From: Flavobacteriales bacterium
GTDB lineage: Bacteria; Bacteroidota; Bacteroidia; Flavobacteriales_F; PHOS-HE28
Length of the DNA stretch: 64,000 bases
Assembly (NCBI GenBank): GCA_041391845.1
Contig: JAWKNG010000003.1
Span: forward strand, 235,053-299,052
Direction: 5' to 3'
The notes under the pieces were generated by a model, which was given only the letters and a program-made list of their open reading frames with translations, had not been told where the DNA came from and made no database searches. Every line of letters starts with the position of its first letter. The first letter of the stretch is position 1. Shown in pieces: positions 51,896 to 62,913 of the stretch. The position numbers were made by a program, and so were the translations under genes.

Positions 51896-53437
51896 ATGAG
51901 CACCCCGAAGGAAGTGGTGACCGGGAGCAACGCGCCCCATTGGAGCGAACGCTACGAACTGGTGATCGGCCTGGAGGTCCATGCCCAGCTGAACACGGCG
52001 AGCAAGGCGTACAGCGGCGACCCCAACGCTTACGGCGACCATCCCAACACCAACGTGAGCGCCCTTACCCTGGGCCATCCCGGCACCCTGCCCGTGGCCA
52101 ACAAGCAGGTGGTGGAACATGCCGTGCGGCTCGGCCTTGCAACCCATTGCAGCATCGCTCCGTGGATGCATTACGCCCGCAAGAACTACTTCTACCCCGA
52201 CCTTCCCAAGGGCTACCAGATCACCCAGGACAAGACGCCGATCTGCACCGAGGGCTACATCGATATCCCCAACACCCGCGGAACCGAACAGCCCAGCGCT
52301 GGTGCTCCTCAGCACGCTCCCGTGGCGCCGGGCATGACCCGCATCGGCATCACCCGCATCCACATGGAGGAAGATGCCGGCAAGAGCATCCACGATATGG
52401 ATCCGTTCAACACCCTAGTGGACCTGAACCGCGCCGGTGTGCCGCTGGTGGAGATCGTGAGCGAGCCGGACATCCGAAGCGGGCAGGAAGCCTACGACTA
52501 CCTGGTGGAGGTTAGGCGGCTGGTGCGCTACCTCGATATCTGTGATGGCAACATGGAGGAAGGCAGCCTGCGCTGCGATGCCAACATCAGCCTGCGCCCG
52601 AAGGGCACCGAAGCCCTCGGTACGCGCTGCGAGGTGAAGAACATGAACAGCTTCCGCAATGTGATGCGCGCCATCGAATACGAAGCGCAGCGCCAGAGCG
52701 AAGTGCTGGCGGCGGGGGGCGTCATCCACATGGAGACGCGCACCTTCGATGCGGCCAAGGGCACCACGGTGGGACTGCGCAGCAAGGAGCAGGCCCACGA
52801 CTACCGCTACTTTCCCGAACCAGACCTGCAGCCGCTCACGGTGACCGAAGCCGACAAGGAAGCCATCCGCAGGGCCATGCCGCCACTGCCCCGCGAACTG
52901 CGCGCCAAATACACACAGCAGCTGGGCCTGAGCGACTACGACGCGGGTATCCTCACCGATGACAAGGCCACTGCACTCTATTACGAAGCCCTCATCGCCC
53001 GCACCACCAACTACAAAGGCGCAGCGAACTGGGTGATGGGTGATGTGCGCGGCTGGTTGAACGAACGCGGCCTGCCGATGGAGTCCTTCCCCATACCCGC
53101 GGACCGTCTCGCCGGGCTCATCGCACTGATCGATGGCGGCAAGGTGAGCCACAGCATCGCCGCACAGAAGCTCTTCCCGCTCATGCTCAACGATGGCAAC
53201 AGCACCGCTGAAGAGCTCGCTGTGAAGCATGACCTCGTGCAGGATACCAACGAAGACCTCATCGCCACCATCGCCCGTGAAGTGATGGCCAGGTACCCCG
53301 ACAAGGTCGAAGCTTACCGCAGTGGCCAGAAAGGCCTTTTGGGGCTGTTCATGGGCGAAGTGATGAAGGGCACCAAAGGCAAGGCCGATCCCAAGCGTGC
53401 CAGCGAAGTGGTGCGCCAACTGCTGGAGAACAACTAA
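51896..53437 (+). CDS. gatB: Asp-tRNA(Asn)/Glu-tRNA(Gln) amidotransferase subunit B
   Basis: It is GatB/GatE-like throughout and has a C-terminal YqeY-like helical domain. An ~20-aa insertion lies near residue 125. Confidence 0.9.
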   Translation: MSTPKEVVTGSNAPHWSERYELVIGLEVHAQLNTASKAYSGDPNAYGDHPNTNVSALTLGHPGTLPVANKQVVEHAVRLGLATHCSIAPWMHYARKNYFYPDLPKGYQITQDKTPICTEGYIDIPNTRGTEQPSAGAPQHAPVAPGMTRIGITRIHMEEDAGKSIHDMDPFNTLVDLNRAGVPLVEIVSEPDIRSGQEAYDYLVEVRRLVRYLDICDGNMEEGSLRCDANISLRPKGTEALGTRCEVKNMNSFRNVMRAIEYEAQRQSEVLAAGGVIHMETRTFDAAKGTTVGLRSKEQAHDYRYFPEPDLQPLTVTEADKEAIRRAMPPLPRELRAKYTQQLGLSDYDAGILTDDKATALYYEALIARTTNYKGAANWVMGDVRGWLNERGLPMESFPIPADRLAGLIALIDGGKVSHSIAAQKLFPLMLNDGNSTAEELAVKHDLVQDTNEDLIATIAREVMARYPDKVEAYRSGQKGLLGLFMGEVMKGTKGKADPKRASEVVRQLLENN

Positions 53438-53453
53438 GCGAACACCGTACGAC

Positions 53454-54587
53454 ATGAACCGCGTACTTTCCCTCCTCTCCGTATCCCTGCTGCTGGCCGC
53501 CTGTGGTGGCGGTGGCACCCGTGAAGTGGAACTGCGCATCGAAGGAGCCGCCGGTCGCACCGCCTACTTCGATCGCTTCGAGAACGGCCGACCCTTCCAC
53601 GTGGATTCCGTGAAGCTCGACAACAGCGGTGCCGGCACCCTGAACGTGCCAGCCCTTCCGCTTGACTTCTACCGCATCACAGTGGGCGATGAACAGCTTG
53701 TGGTGGCACTGGACAGCGCGGAGTCCGTTCTGGTGGAAGCAGCCGTAGGCAACCTTGCTGCACCCACCTCGGTGAAGGGCTCCCAGCACAGCGAAGCCTA
53801 CCATGGCTTCCTTGCGGAGACAAGGGCGTACGAGGCCAAGCGTGATGACCTGCGTAAGCGCATCAGCACGGAGCCCACCAATGCGGACCTTGTGGACAGC
53901 CTCAACACGCTCAATGGCACCTTCCATGCACGCTGTGTGAGCTTCACGAAAGAGAACAGTAGCTCGCCCGCCGCACTGGCCGCAGTGAACCGCCTCAACA
54001 TCCAGCAGGAGCTCGCGCTTTTCAAGCAGGTGCGCGATGACATGCGCAAGACCATGCCGAAGTCGGGCTTCTACGCCCAATTCCGCCAAGGCGTGGACCA
54101 ATTGGAGCAGCAGGAGATCGCCATCAAGCTGCAGGAGGAAGAGGCCAAGCGCGTGGCCAACATGCTGCCCATCGGTGGTGTGGCGCCCGAGATCCGGCAG
54201 CAGACGCCCGATGGCGGCACCTTCGCGCTGAGCGACCTGCGCGGCAAGTATGTGCTCATCGACTTCTGGGCCAGCTGGTGCCGCCCCTGCCGCATGGAGA
54301 ACCCCAACGTGAAACGCGTCTACGACAAGTACCACAGGAAGGGCTTCGAGATCCTGGGTGTATCGCTGGACCGCGACCAGGGTGCCTGGGTGCAGGCCAT
54401 CCAAGCCGATGGCCTCCCCTGGAAGCACGTGAGCGACCTGGGCTTCTGGAGCAATGCTGCAGCGCAGGAGTATGGCGTCACCAGCATCCCGTTCACCGTG
54501 CTGGTGGACAAAGAGGGCAAGGTGCTGGAGAAGGGCTTGCGCGCCGCGGAGCTCGAGGTGGCGCTTGCCAAGCTCTTCGGATCATAG
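53454..54587 (+). CDS. TlpA/ResA-like thiol-disulfide oxidoreductase lipoprotein (thioredoxin fold, WCRPC active site)
   Basis: It has a lipobox (LLLAACGGG) and a C-terminal redoxin domain with FWASWCRPCR. Confidence 0.75.
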   Translation: MNRVLSLLSVSLLLAACGGGGTREVELRIEGAAGRTAYFDRFENGRPFHVDSVKLDNSGAGTLNVPALPLDFYRITVGDEQLVVALDSAESVLVEAAVGNLAAPTSVKGSQHSEAYHGFLAETRAYEAKRDDLRKRISTEPTNADLVDSLNTLNGTFHARCVSFTKENSSSPAALAAVNRLNIQQELALFKQVRDDMRKTMPKSGFYAQFRQGVDQLEQQEIAIKLQEEEAKRVANMLPIGGVAPEIRQQTPDGGTFALSDLRGKYVLIDFWASWCRPCRMENPNVKRVYDKYHRKGFEILGVSLDRDQGAWVQAIQADGLPWKHVSDLGFWSNAAAQEYGVTSIPFTVLVDKEGKVLEKGLRAAELEVALAKLFGS

Positions 54588-54650
54588 CGATCAGGTCCGG
54601 CGGCGTAGCAGAACGTAGCTGTTGCGCGTCATACACGCACACCCTCCACC

Positions 54651-57600
54651 ATGCTCCGCTTGCTTCTGCTGCTGGGCGCCCTGAGCGCCAGTGCCGTCAC
54701 GTTCGCACAGCACAGCTTCCAACAGCGCGCGGACCATACCATCAACGTCCGGTTGGATGATGTGGCACATGTACTGCATGGCGATGAGACCATCCGCTAC
54801 ACGAACAACAGCGGCAGAGCCCTGGATACACTGTGGCTGCACCTGTGGCCCAACGCCTATGCCACGCCGAACACCGCGCTGGACAAACAGTTGGTGCGCA
54901 TGGGTGAACTGGACCTGCACTTCGCCACACCCGCAGAACGCGGTGGCATCGACAGCCTCGACTTCAGCGATGCCAACGGCACGAAGCTCGCCTGGGGCTT
55001 CCATTCGGAGCACAATGACATCGGCTGGGTGAAGCTCGCCGTGCCCGTGATGCCGGGCACCACCACCACCCTGCGCACGCCGTTCCGCGTGAAGATCCCC
55101 GATGGCAGGTTCTCACGCCTTGGTCATACGGGACAGGCCTACTACATCACCCAGTGGTTCCCCAAGCCGGCCGTGTTCGACCACAACGGTTGGCACACCA
55201 TGCCCTACCTCACCCAGGGCGAGTTCTTCTGCGAGTTCGGTAGCTACGACGTGTCCATCACCCTACCTGCGAACTACGTGGTGGGGGCCACCGGTGTGCT
55301 GCAGAACAGCGGTGAACAAGCGTGGATGGACAGCCTCGCTGGCGTGCCGTATGGCGATGACCACCGCTTCAAAGTGGACGTCCAGCGCTCGGCCCTGAAC
55401 CGCTTCCCGCCTTCAGTATCGGCTACCAAGACGCTGCGTTATGTGCAGGACGATGTGCACGACTTCGCCTGGTTCGCGGACAAGCGCTTCGTGGTGCGCA
55501 AGGATGTGGCCACCCTGCCCGACAGCCAGCGCTCCGTCACGGTGTGGGCGCTCTTCACGCCCAAGAACGCAGAGGAGTGGGAGGCCATCGGCACCCGCTC
55601 GCTGGTGAACAGCCTGGTGCACTACAGCGAATGGCTGGGCGACTATCCGTATGCTGTGTGTACCGCTGTGGACGGCACCATCAGCGCGGGCGGCGGCATG
55701 GAGTATCCCATGATCACCATCATCGGCGACATGGGTGATGAACAGGCCTTGGATAACGTGATCGCCCATGAAGTGGGCCACAACTGGTTCCAAGGGATCC
55801 TGGCCAGCAACGAGCGCGATCATCCGTGGATGGATGAAGGCATGAACAGCTTCGTGGAGCTCACCTACATGCGCCGTCATTACGCGGGCAGCAGCATGAA
55901 CATCGCCATACCCGGTTTGGCCAACGAACTCCGTAGCAAAGACCCCCATCGCCTGCAAAGCGAGCTGGGTTACCGGTTGAACGCACGCCGCAACCTGGAC
56001 CAAGGCCTCTGCCTGCACAGTGCGCACTACACCGGCACCAACTACGGCACCAATGTCTACATGAAGTCGGCGCTGGCCTTCGATCACCTGCTGGCCTTCC
56101 TGGGAGAAGCGGACATGCAGCGCTGCATGCGCGCCTACTACGCGGAGTACAAGTTCCGGCATCCCGCCCCTGCCGATGTGCAGCGGGTCTTCGAACGCGA
56201 AAGCGACAAGGACCTGAACTGGCTCTTCAAGGGCTTCCTCTGCACGGATGAAAAGTACCGCGTGAAGGCGGTATCACTGGACCGCCGCTTGCTGGGTGGG
56301 GCGGAAGAGCGCATGCACCTGGGCCACCGTGCGAAAGGTCCGTCGAAGGTGCCCTTCCCCATCACCGGTTACCTCGGCGCGGACAGCCTTGGTACGGTGT
56401 GGGCCTGGAACCACGGCTTCGGTCATCAGGGCAGAACGGAGTATGCGCAACTACCCTGGCCCGAAGTGGACCGGGTGCGCATCGATGCCGGTGAACGCAC
56501 GCTGGACATCGATCGGCGCAACAACACGTTGCGTTCGTCGGGACTCTTCAAGCGCACTGCCGCGCCCCGCTTCAAATTCCTCGCTGGACTGGAACAGCAG
56601 GACCGGGGTTCGGTGTTCTTTACTCCTGCGATAGCGGCTAACGGCCACGATGGTCTGCAGGTGGGACTGCTCCTGCACAACACCACCTTCCCCAGCCAGC
56701 GCACCGAATGGGTGGTGGCACCGCTCTACGGCCTGGGTAGCGGACACCTCGGTGGTGCAGCCCGCATCGAGCACCACTTCGACCGCCTGCGGAGCAGGGT
56801 GTTCCAGAACATCCACCTCGGCCTCAGCGCACGTTCCGCTTCCACCTTCCACGACCATTTCGCCCATGCCTGGTACACCAAGCTGCAGCCCTCGCTGCGC
56901 TTCGACCTCAAGCGCGATCCGCTCTCACGGCCGTGGACGCATACTGTCACCGTGCGGGGTGTACACCTTGCCCTGGGTAGCCGCGTAGAAGTGCCGGAGG
57001 CGCTCAGCATCACGCGCAGCGAAGAGCGTACGTACGCGGAATTGAGCTACACCGCACAGGACCGCCATGCCCTCTCGCCCACAGCCGTGACCCCTGAGAT
57101 CATTGTGGGTAACGGCATGGCCCGCGCTGCGGTGGAGCTGCGCCAGGGCTTCACCTACAACGACCGCAAGGACCAACTGAGACTGCGGCTCTTCGCGGGC
57201 ACCTTCCTCAGCAAGGACGGGCGTGGCTTGCGCACCGGGCTGGAGGCCTGGGGACTTAGTTGGGGACCCGAGGACCTTCTCTTCGACCATGCCTATTTGG
57301 AGCGCGGTGCGACCGAGCGTCTGCTGAGCCGTCAGTTCACCAAACAGCAGGGCGGCTTCAAGACCCCGTTCCTGCAAGGGGGCAGCGACACCTGGATGGC
57401 CGCGCTGAACATGGAGTTCGACCTGCCCATCGGCATCCCACTATCGCTCTTCGCCAGCGCGGGTGCCGTGCCCATCACCCGCATCGCGCCCGATGGACGG
57501 ACCACCAGCACTGCTGGATACGCTGAAGCCGGCATCGGTCTGCAGCTGATGCGCGATGTGATCGAGGTGTGGGTGCCGCTCTACGTGTCCGAGCGGATCG

Positions 57601-57707
57601 CGGATGAAGAGCAGTTCCTGGACCGCGGCATTGCCGATCGCATCCGCTTCGTGTTCGCGCTGGAGAAGCTGGACCCGACGCGGCTGCTGCGCAGGGTGCG
57701 CCCGTGA
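54651..57707 (+). CDS. Secreted M1-family (gluzincin) metallopeptidase-like protein, 1018 aa
   Basis: It has a signal peptide, the HEVGHNWF zinc motif plus a downstream E, and an aminopeptidase-N-like N-terminal beta domain. Confidence 0.75.
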   Translation: MLRLLLLLGALSASAVTFAQHSFQQRADHTINVRLDDVAHVLHGDETIRYTNNSGRALDTLWLHLWPNAYATPNTALDKQLVRMGELDLHFATPAERGGIDSLDFSDANGTKLAWGFHSEHNDIGWVKLAVPVMPGTTTTLRTPFRVKIPDGRFSRLGHTGQAYYITQWFPKPAVFDHNGWHTMPYLTQGEFFCEFGSYDVSITLPANYVVGATGVLQNSGEQAWMDSLAGVPYGDDHRFKVDVQRSALNRFPPSVSATKTLRYVQDDVHDFAWFADKRFVVRKDVATLPDSQRSVTVWALFTPKNAEEWEAIGTRSLVNSLVHYSEWLGDYPYAVCTAVDGTISAGGGMEYPMITIIGDMGDEQALDNVIAHEVGHNWFQGILASNERDHPWMDEGMNSFVELTYMRRHYAGSSMNIAIPGLANELRSKDPHRLQSELGYRLNARRNLDQGLCLHSAHYTGTNYGTNVYMKSALAFDHLLAFLGEADMQRCMRAYYAEYKFRHPAPADVQRVFERESDKDLNWLFKGFLCTDEKYRVKAVSLDRRLLGGAEERMHLGHRAKGPSKVPFPITGYLGADSLGTVWAWNHGFGHQGRTEYAQLPWPEVDRVRIDAGERTLDIDRRNNTLRSSGLFKRTAAPRFKFLAGLEQQDRGSVFFTPAIAANGHDGLQVGLLLHNTTFPSQRTEWVVAPLYGLGSGHLGGAARIEHHFDRLRSRVFQNIHLGLSARSASTFHDHFAHAWYTKLQPSLRFDLKRDPLSRPWTHTVTVRGVHLALGSRVEVPEALSITRSEERTYAELSYTAQDRHALSPTAVTPEIIVGNGMARAAVELRQGFTYNDRKDQLRLRLFAGTFLSKDGRGLRTGLEAWGLSWGPEDLLFDHAYLERGATERLLSRQFTKQQGGFKTPFLQGGSDTWMAALNMEFDLPIGIPLSLFASAGAVPITRIAPDGRTTSTAGYAEAGIGLQLMRDVIEVWVPLYVSERIADEEQFLDRGIADRIRFVFALEKLDPTRLLRRVRP

Positions 57708-57778
57708 ACAGCCGGTCGTGATGGTATCGTTCGTCCGGCGCACCTTGAACGAAGCCCGAATGCCGATCTTCGCACAGC

Positions 57779-58579
57779 ATGCAACCAGGCCAGAAGATCC
57801 ATTTCCTGAGCGACTTCCACCTCGGTGTGCCCGATGCCGCCAGCAGCCTGGCACGGGAGAAGCGCATCTGTGCCTTCCTGGATGAGGCCGCCAAGGATGC
57901 CGTCGAGATCCACCTGCTCGGCGACCTGTTCGACTTCTGGTTCGAGTGGAAACGCGCTGTGCCGCGTGGGCACGTGCGCCTGCTGGGGAAGATGGCCGAG
58001 CTCACGGACCGTGGCATTCCGGTACACCTCCACATCGGCAATCACGACATGTGGATCTTCGATTATGTGCCGACGGAGACCGGTGTGATCGTCCATCGCG
58101 AACCCATCGTGCGGGAGATCGGCGGCAAGCGCTTCTATATCGGCCATGGCGATGGTCTCGGTCCCGGCGACCACGGCTACAAGTTCATCAAACGCGTCTT
58201 CCGCAATCCCGTTTGCCAGTGGCTCTTCGCGCGGCTGCACCCCAACTTCGCGTTATGGCTGGGCGACTTCCTCAGCGGCCGCAGCCGGAAGAAGAGCTAC
58301 GAGAACGACCGCAAATGGCTGGGCGCGGAAAAGGAGTGGCTGGTCCAATATTGCAGGGACGAACTGAAGAAGCAGCATTACGACCATATGATCTTCGGTC
58401 ACCGCCACCTGCCCATCGACATGGAAGTCGGACAAGGGAGCCGGTATGTGAACCTCGGCGACTGGATCAGCTATTATACCTACGCCACCTTTGACGGCCA
58501 GGAGCTGAAGTTGATGAGGCGCACCAGTGATGGCCCCTTGAGCGGTGATGTGCAGATCACAGGTGGACCTGCGGTGTGA
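57779..58579 (+). CDS. lpxH: UDP-2,3-diacylglucosamine diphosphatase (LpxH-like calcineurin-type metallophosphoesterase)
   Basis: It has the metallophosphoesterase motifs DFHLG, GDLFDFW, GNHD and GHRH. Confidence 0.7.
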   Translation: MQPGQKIHFLSDFHLGVPDAASSLAREKRICAFLDEAAKDAVEIHLLGDLFDFWFEWKRAVPRGHVRLLGKMAELTDRGIPVHLHIGNHDMWIFDYVPTETGVIVHREPIVREIGGKRFYIGHGDGLGPGDHGYKFIKRVFRNPVCQWLFARLHPNFALWLGDFLSGRSRKKSYENDRKWLGAEKEWLVQYCRDELKKQHYDHMIFGHRHLPIDMEVGQGSRYVNLGDWISYYTYATFDGQELKLMRRTSDGPLSGDVQITGGPAV

Positions 58580-58611
58580 AGCAGGCTACGTGCCGTCGTG
58601 CAGTAGCTCGC

Positions 58612-59610
58612 CTATCTGGCGGCCGCCCCCAGCTTCACCACCAGGTCCACCAGACGGCTGCTGTAGCCGTACTCGTTGTCGTACCAACCCATCACCTTCA
58701 CCATGTTGCCCACCACGCTGGTGAGCTGTGCGTCGAAGATGCAACTGTGCGGGTCGCCCACGATATCCACGCTCACGATGGGGTCCTCAGTGTAACGCAG
58801 GATGCCCTTGAGCTTGCCCTCAGCGAGCGACCTGAAGTAGGCATTGATCTCGTCAGCGCTTCGTACGTTCTTCACCCAACAGGTGATGTCGGTGATCGAG
58901 CCATCGGGCACCGGCACGCGGATACCACCGCCGCCCAGCCGACCTGCCAGCTCGGGAAAGATGCGCGTAATGGCCTTTGCCGCACCGGTGGTGGTGGGCA
59001 CCATGCTCACTGTTGCCGCACGTGCGCGACGCAGGTCCTTGTGGGGCGCATCGTGCAGGCGCTGGTCGCCGGTAAAGCTGTGCACGGTGGTGATGAAGCC
59101 GTCCTCGATGCCGCAAAGCTCCTGGATGCCCATGATCATGGGCGCCGCACAGTTCGTGGTGCAGCTGGCATTGCTGACGATGGGCTCGTCGCCCTTCAGG
59201 ATGTGGTCGTTCACACCGAGTACCACACTGGGTATGTCGATATCCTTCGCCGGTGCGGAGAGGACGACCCGCTTCGCGCCGGCCTTCTGGTGCGCCGAGG
59301 CCAGTTCGCGCGTGAGGAAATGGCCTGTGCTCTCGATCACGATGTCAATGCCGAGCTCTTTCCATGGCAGGGACGAAGGATCCTTGGCCGCAAAGGCCTT
59401 GACCTTCCTTCCGCCCAGGATGAGGTGCGCATCGTCATGCGACACTTCGCCGGGGAAGACTCCATGCACGCTGTCGTACTTGAAGAGATGCGCCAAGGTC
59501 CGGGTGTCCGTGAGGTCGTTCACGGCCACAAGCTCCACATCGCTGCGCTCGAGCAACAGACGCGCTGTAACACGTCCGATCCTTCCAAATCCGTTGATCG
59601 CGATCTTCAT
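58612..59610 (-). CDS. gap: Type I glyceraldehyde-3-phosphate dehydrogenase
   Basis: It has the N-terminal NGFGRIGR motif and the active site ASCTTNCAAP. Confidence 0.9.
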   Translation of the reverse strand: MKIAINGFGRIGRVTARLLLERSDVELVAVNDLTDTRTLAHLFKYDSVHGVFPGEVSHDDAHLILGGRKVKAFAAKDPSSLPWKELGIDIVIESTGHFLTRELASAHQKAGAKRVVLSAPAKDIDIPSVVLGVNDHILKGDEPIVSNASCTTNCAAPMIMGIQELCGIEDGFITTVHSFTGDQRLHDAPHKDLRRARAATVSMVPTTTGAAKAITRIFPELAGRLGGGGIRVPVPDGSITDITCWVKNVRSADEINAYFRSLAEGKLKGILRYTEDPIVSVDIVGDPHSCIFDAQLTSVVGNMVKVMGWYDNEYGYSSRLVDLVVKLGAAAR

Positions 59611-59693
59611 GGTCGTACAGGGATCCGATAGGTGATCAAATGGTCTTCAGCACAGTTGCGGAAGACGACCGACCCGCCCATGGTGGTTCTACG

Positions 59694-60566
59694 TCAGAAC
59701 ATGTGCTTCTCAGCATGGTAGCTACTGCGTACCAAGGGGCCGCTCTCCACATAGCGGAAGCCCTTGCTGAGCCCGATCTCTTTGAAGCGGGCGAAACGAT
59801 CGGGGTGAATGAACTCCGCAACGGGCAGATGCTCCTTCGTGGGCTGCAGGTACTGGCCGAGGGTGAGGATGTCCACTTCCACACTGCGCAGATCGTCCAT
59901 GGTCTCCTCCACCTCCCGATCGGTCTCACCGAGGCCGAGCATCACACCGCTCTTGGTGCGCAGACCGGCACGCTTGGCACGCATGAGCACTTCGAGGCTG
60001 CGGTCATACTTGGCCTGGATGCGTACCTCCTTGGTGAGGCGCCGCACGGTCTCCAGGTTGTGGCTGAGGATCTCCGGAGCGGCCTCCAGCACCACCGCCA
60101 GGTTCTCCCATTTTCCTTGGAAATCGGGGATCAAGGTCTCCATCGTGGTGCCGGGGCAGCGGCGGCGGATGGCGCGAATGGTCTTCGCCCAAATATCACT
60201 TCCGCCATCCTTCAGATCATCGCGGTCCACGCTCGTGATCACGCAATGCTTCACGCCCATGAGCTCCACGCTCCGGGCCACGCGGGCCGGCTCAAAGGGA
60301 TCCACGGCGTCCGGTCGGCCGGTGGCTACTGAACAGAAGCCGCAGCTGCGGGTGCAGATATTGCCCAGGATCATGAAGGTGGCCGTTCCTGCGCCCCAGC
60401 ATTCGCCCATGTTGGGGCAATTCCCGCTCTGGCAGATCGTGTGGAGCTTGTGCTCGCCCACGATCTCGCGGACCTTTCGGTAGTTCTCCCCAGTGGGCAG
60501 CTTCACCCGAAGCCAGTCGGGCTTGCGAACAGGTGCTGTGGGCTCCGCGATCTCGTTCATGCTCAT
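59694..60566 (-). CDS. lipA: Lipoyl synthase
   Basis: It has two Cys clusters ([12 protein letters not shown] and CTRSCGFC, the radical-SAM motif). Confidence 0.9.
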   Translation of the reverse strand: MSMNEIAEPTAPVRKPDWLRVKLPTGENYRKVREIVGEHKLHTICQSGNCPNMGECWGAGTATFMILGNICTRSCGFCSVATGRPDAVDPFEPARVARSVELMGVKHCVITSVDRDDLKDGGSDIWAKTIRAIRRRCPGTTMETLIPDFQGKWENLAVVLEAAPEILSHNLETVRRLTKEVRIQAKYDRSLEVLMRAKRAGLRTKSGVMLGLGETDREVEETMDDLRSVEVDILTLGQYLQPTKEHLPVAEFIHPDRFARFKEIGLSKGFRYVESGPLVRSSYHAEKHMF

Positions 60567-61318
60567 TGAATGGTCTTCTTGCCGAACTGCAGGGCGAGGT
60601 AGAACTGCAGGAAGATCTGCTTGTTCTCCACCCCTTCAAGCTCGGCCATGATGGGTATCACCACCGGAAAGGCATCCACGCTCATTCCCACTTCCAGGGC
60701 CTTTAAACCCGTGGTACGACCCGAGTATTCGAAATTCATTCCAAGCCGACCGAAAACACCCGGCCGGAATTGCATTTCTCCCATTCCCCTGAACCACGTG
60801 GCCCGCCCGTAGATGTTCTGCACATCGTGCACTGACGGGTCGTAACGTTCAATGACGATGCTCTGGTACGGTATCTGGTCCGGTTTGCCGATCTGGAGGT
60901 ATACGGGCTTCACGAGGCCGATCGCAGGACCGATACCCCACACGTAGTTCACCTCCACCCCGCTGCGCCGGATCTTGTCCGTCAACTGGTGCTTCCCCCC
61001 GATAGTGGGTCTCAGGATGAGCAGCGAGTTCGACTTTCCATAGAAATAGCCTCGCGAATCCTCGTAGTACGGATTGAAGCTCTTCACTTCCTTGGGGTGC
61101 TTCATGCCTGCTATCTCTATACCCAGCAACAAGCGGTCCGTGGCCGTTCGGTAGGTAGCCCTGTAAAAGTGTGCGCCCCAACCTTCGCCGTGGAGCATGA
61201 CCCCGCCGTAGAACTCCTTGCGGAAAGGCACGCGTGTTTCCTCGTAAATGGTCTGCTGGCCCCTGACCGTGAGGGCGCAGAGCATGATCAACAAAAGGTA
61301 TACCGGCCGCGTGTTCAT
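60563..61318 (-). CDS. Hypothetical secreted / outer-membrane-type protein (251 aa)
   Basis: It has a signal peptide and beta-rich alternating hydrophobicity. It overlaps the lipA start, so the two are probably an operon. Confidence 0.45.
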   Translation of the reverse strand: MNTRPVYLLLIMLCALTVRGQQTIYEETRVPFRKEFYGGVMLHGEGWGAHFYRATYRTATDRLLLGIEIAGMKHPKEVKSFNPYYEDSRGYFYGKSNSLLILRPTIGGKHQLTDKIRRSGVEVNYVWGIGPAIGLVKPVYLQIGKPDQIPYQSIVIERYDPSVHDVQNIYGRATWFRGMGEMQFRPGVFGRLGMNFEYSGRTTGLKALEVGMSVDAFPVVIPIMAELEGVENKQIFLQFYLALQFGKKTIQ

Positions 61319-61485
61319 TCCGGAAAGAGAACAAAGCTACGGAGTGTTGGAAGAGCATGGAGCATGGTCCGGGCAGCGGTGCTCCATCGGCAGGAAGAAG
61401 CGTGAACTGAACAGCCATCGTGCCTCGTCCGTTCTCACGGGGCGCTGGCTACCTTGCAGCCGGACCGAACACATTCCGAACCAGC

Positions 61486-61893
61486 ATGGATACCGCGACC
61501 GTGACCTACCTGGGTGACCTGCAGTGTGAGTTGGAGCACCTGCGCAGCGGCCAGGTCATCGCAACTGACGCCCCCGTGGACAACAAAGGCAAGGGCGGTG
61601 CATTCTCTCCGACCGACCTGCTTGCCACCTCATTGGCGGCCTGCATGATCACCACCATGGGCATCGTGGCGCGTGAGAAGGGCATCCCCTTGAACGGTCT
61701 TCGGGCCCGGGTGGTGAAGCACATGGCTCCGCCGCCCCGACGGGTAGCAAGGGTGGAGATCCACATGGAACTGGATGGCCGTGGACTGGACGACCGGCAG
61801 CGGACCATCATGGAGCAAACGGCACGCACGTGTCCTGTGGCTCTGAGCCTTTCAGCTGAGCTTATACAGGACATCCAGATCCGTTTTACTTGA
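61486..61893 (+). CDS. OsmC/Ohr-family peroxiredoxin-like protein
   Basis: It has the GGAFSPTDLLATSLAACM and TCPV motifs. The ATG is at 61486. Confidence 0.7.
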   Translation: MDTATVTYLGDLQCELEHLRSGQVIATDAPVDNKGKGGAFSPTDLLATSLAACMITTMGIVAREKGIPLNGLRARVVKHMAPPPRRVARVEIHMELDGRGLDDRQRTIMEQTARTCPVALSLSAELIQDIQIRFT

Positions 61894-61967
61894 TGCCTCG
61901 GACACGATATAGGAAAGCCCGGACCTCACGGCCCGGGCGACAGCTCGTTGAAGATGACGACCGATGC

Positions 61968-62096
61968 TCAGACCTGCCTGGCCGGCTGCACCTTGTGCAC
62001 CTTGCCGTATGCGGGACAGCTTTGATGCTTGGAGCACGAGGTCATCAGCGCGCTCAGCACCACCAAACCGGCCATGATCAGAAGTACCTTTTTCAT
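61968..62096 (-). CDS. Possible small lipoprotein (42 aa)
   Basis: MKKVLLIMAGLVVLSALMTSC is a lipoprotein signal. The ORF is very short and could be spurious. Confidence 0.3.
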   Translation of the reverse strand: MKKVLLIMAGLVVLSALMTSCSKHQSCPAYGKVHKVQPARQV

Positions 62097-62217
62097 CGTT
62101 GCTTCGTTTGTTCCCTGTGGGATCGGCTGTTCAACGCGGACCCGACGCCCAAAGTTACCTTTCTGAACGGAGCGCGATCGAAAATGTTTCAACAACCACC
62201 GTTAGTCCTGAGCGAAG

Positions 62218-62913
62218 ATGCGCAATGAGGTCCTATCGGCACCACGTCCGCGCATCCCAGCCGATTGGTACGATGTGCTGCGCGACGCCTTCGAGTCACC
62301 CAGTTTTGCACGGCTCAAGGCCTTTTTGATCGAAGAGCGCGAACACCACCGTGTATTCCCAAAGGGAAGCGAGATCTTCAGTGCGTTCGATCACTGCCCC
62401 TTCGAGCGGGTCCGCGTCGTCATACTGGGACAGGACCCCTACCACGGCCCGGGTCAGGCACATGGCCTTTCGTTCTCCGTTCCCAAGGGCATACCTCCAC
62501 CGCCCTCCCTTCAGAACATCTTCAAGGAGTTGCGGCGTGACCTCGGACTGGCCCAGCCCAGCCAGGGTGACCTGAGACCGTGGGCAGCTCAAGGTGTCTT
62601 GCTCCTCAATGCCACCCTCACTGTTCGAGCGGACCAGGCTGGCTCCCACCAGGGAAAAGGCTGGGAGGCGTTCACGGACACGGTCATCAGTCGCCTTTCA
62701 GCACACCATGAGGGGCTTGTGTTCCTGCTCTGGGGACGACATGCACAGAACAAGTCGATCCTGATCGATGGCGGTCGCCATCATGTCCTCACGGCACCTC
62801 ACCCATCTCCGCTCAGTGCCCATCGCGGCTTCCTGGGCTGCGGTCACTTCAGCCGTGCCAACGAACTCTTGATGGCCGCAGGACACCGCCCCATTGACTG
62901 GTCGCTTCCATGA
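62218..62913 (+). CDS. ung: Uracil-DNA glycosylase (family 1)
   Basis: It has the GQDPYHGPGQAHGLSFSV water-activating motif and the HPSPLS leucine-intercalation loop. Confidence 0.9.
   Translation: MRNEVLSAPRPRIPADWYDVLRDAFESPSFARLKAFLIEEREHHRVFPKGSEIFSAFDHCPFERVRVVILGQDPYHGPGQAHGLSFSVPKGIPPPPSLQNIFKELRRDLGLAQPSQGDLRPWAAQGVLLLNATLTVRADQAGSHQGKGWEAFTDTVISRLSAHHEGLVFLLWGRHAQNKSILIDGGRHHVLTAPHPSPLSAHRGFLGCGHFSRANELLMAAGHRPIDWSLP

Noticed and set aside
53397-53453. Upstream start of the TlpA-like gene (MPAKWCANCW...)
   Set aside because: It overlaps the gatB C-terminus in another frame. The lipoprotein signal peptide begins at the ATG at 53454.
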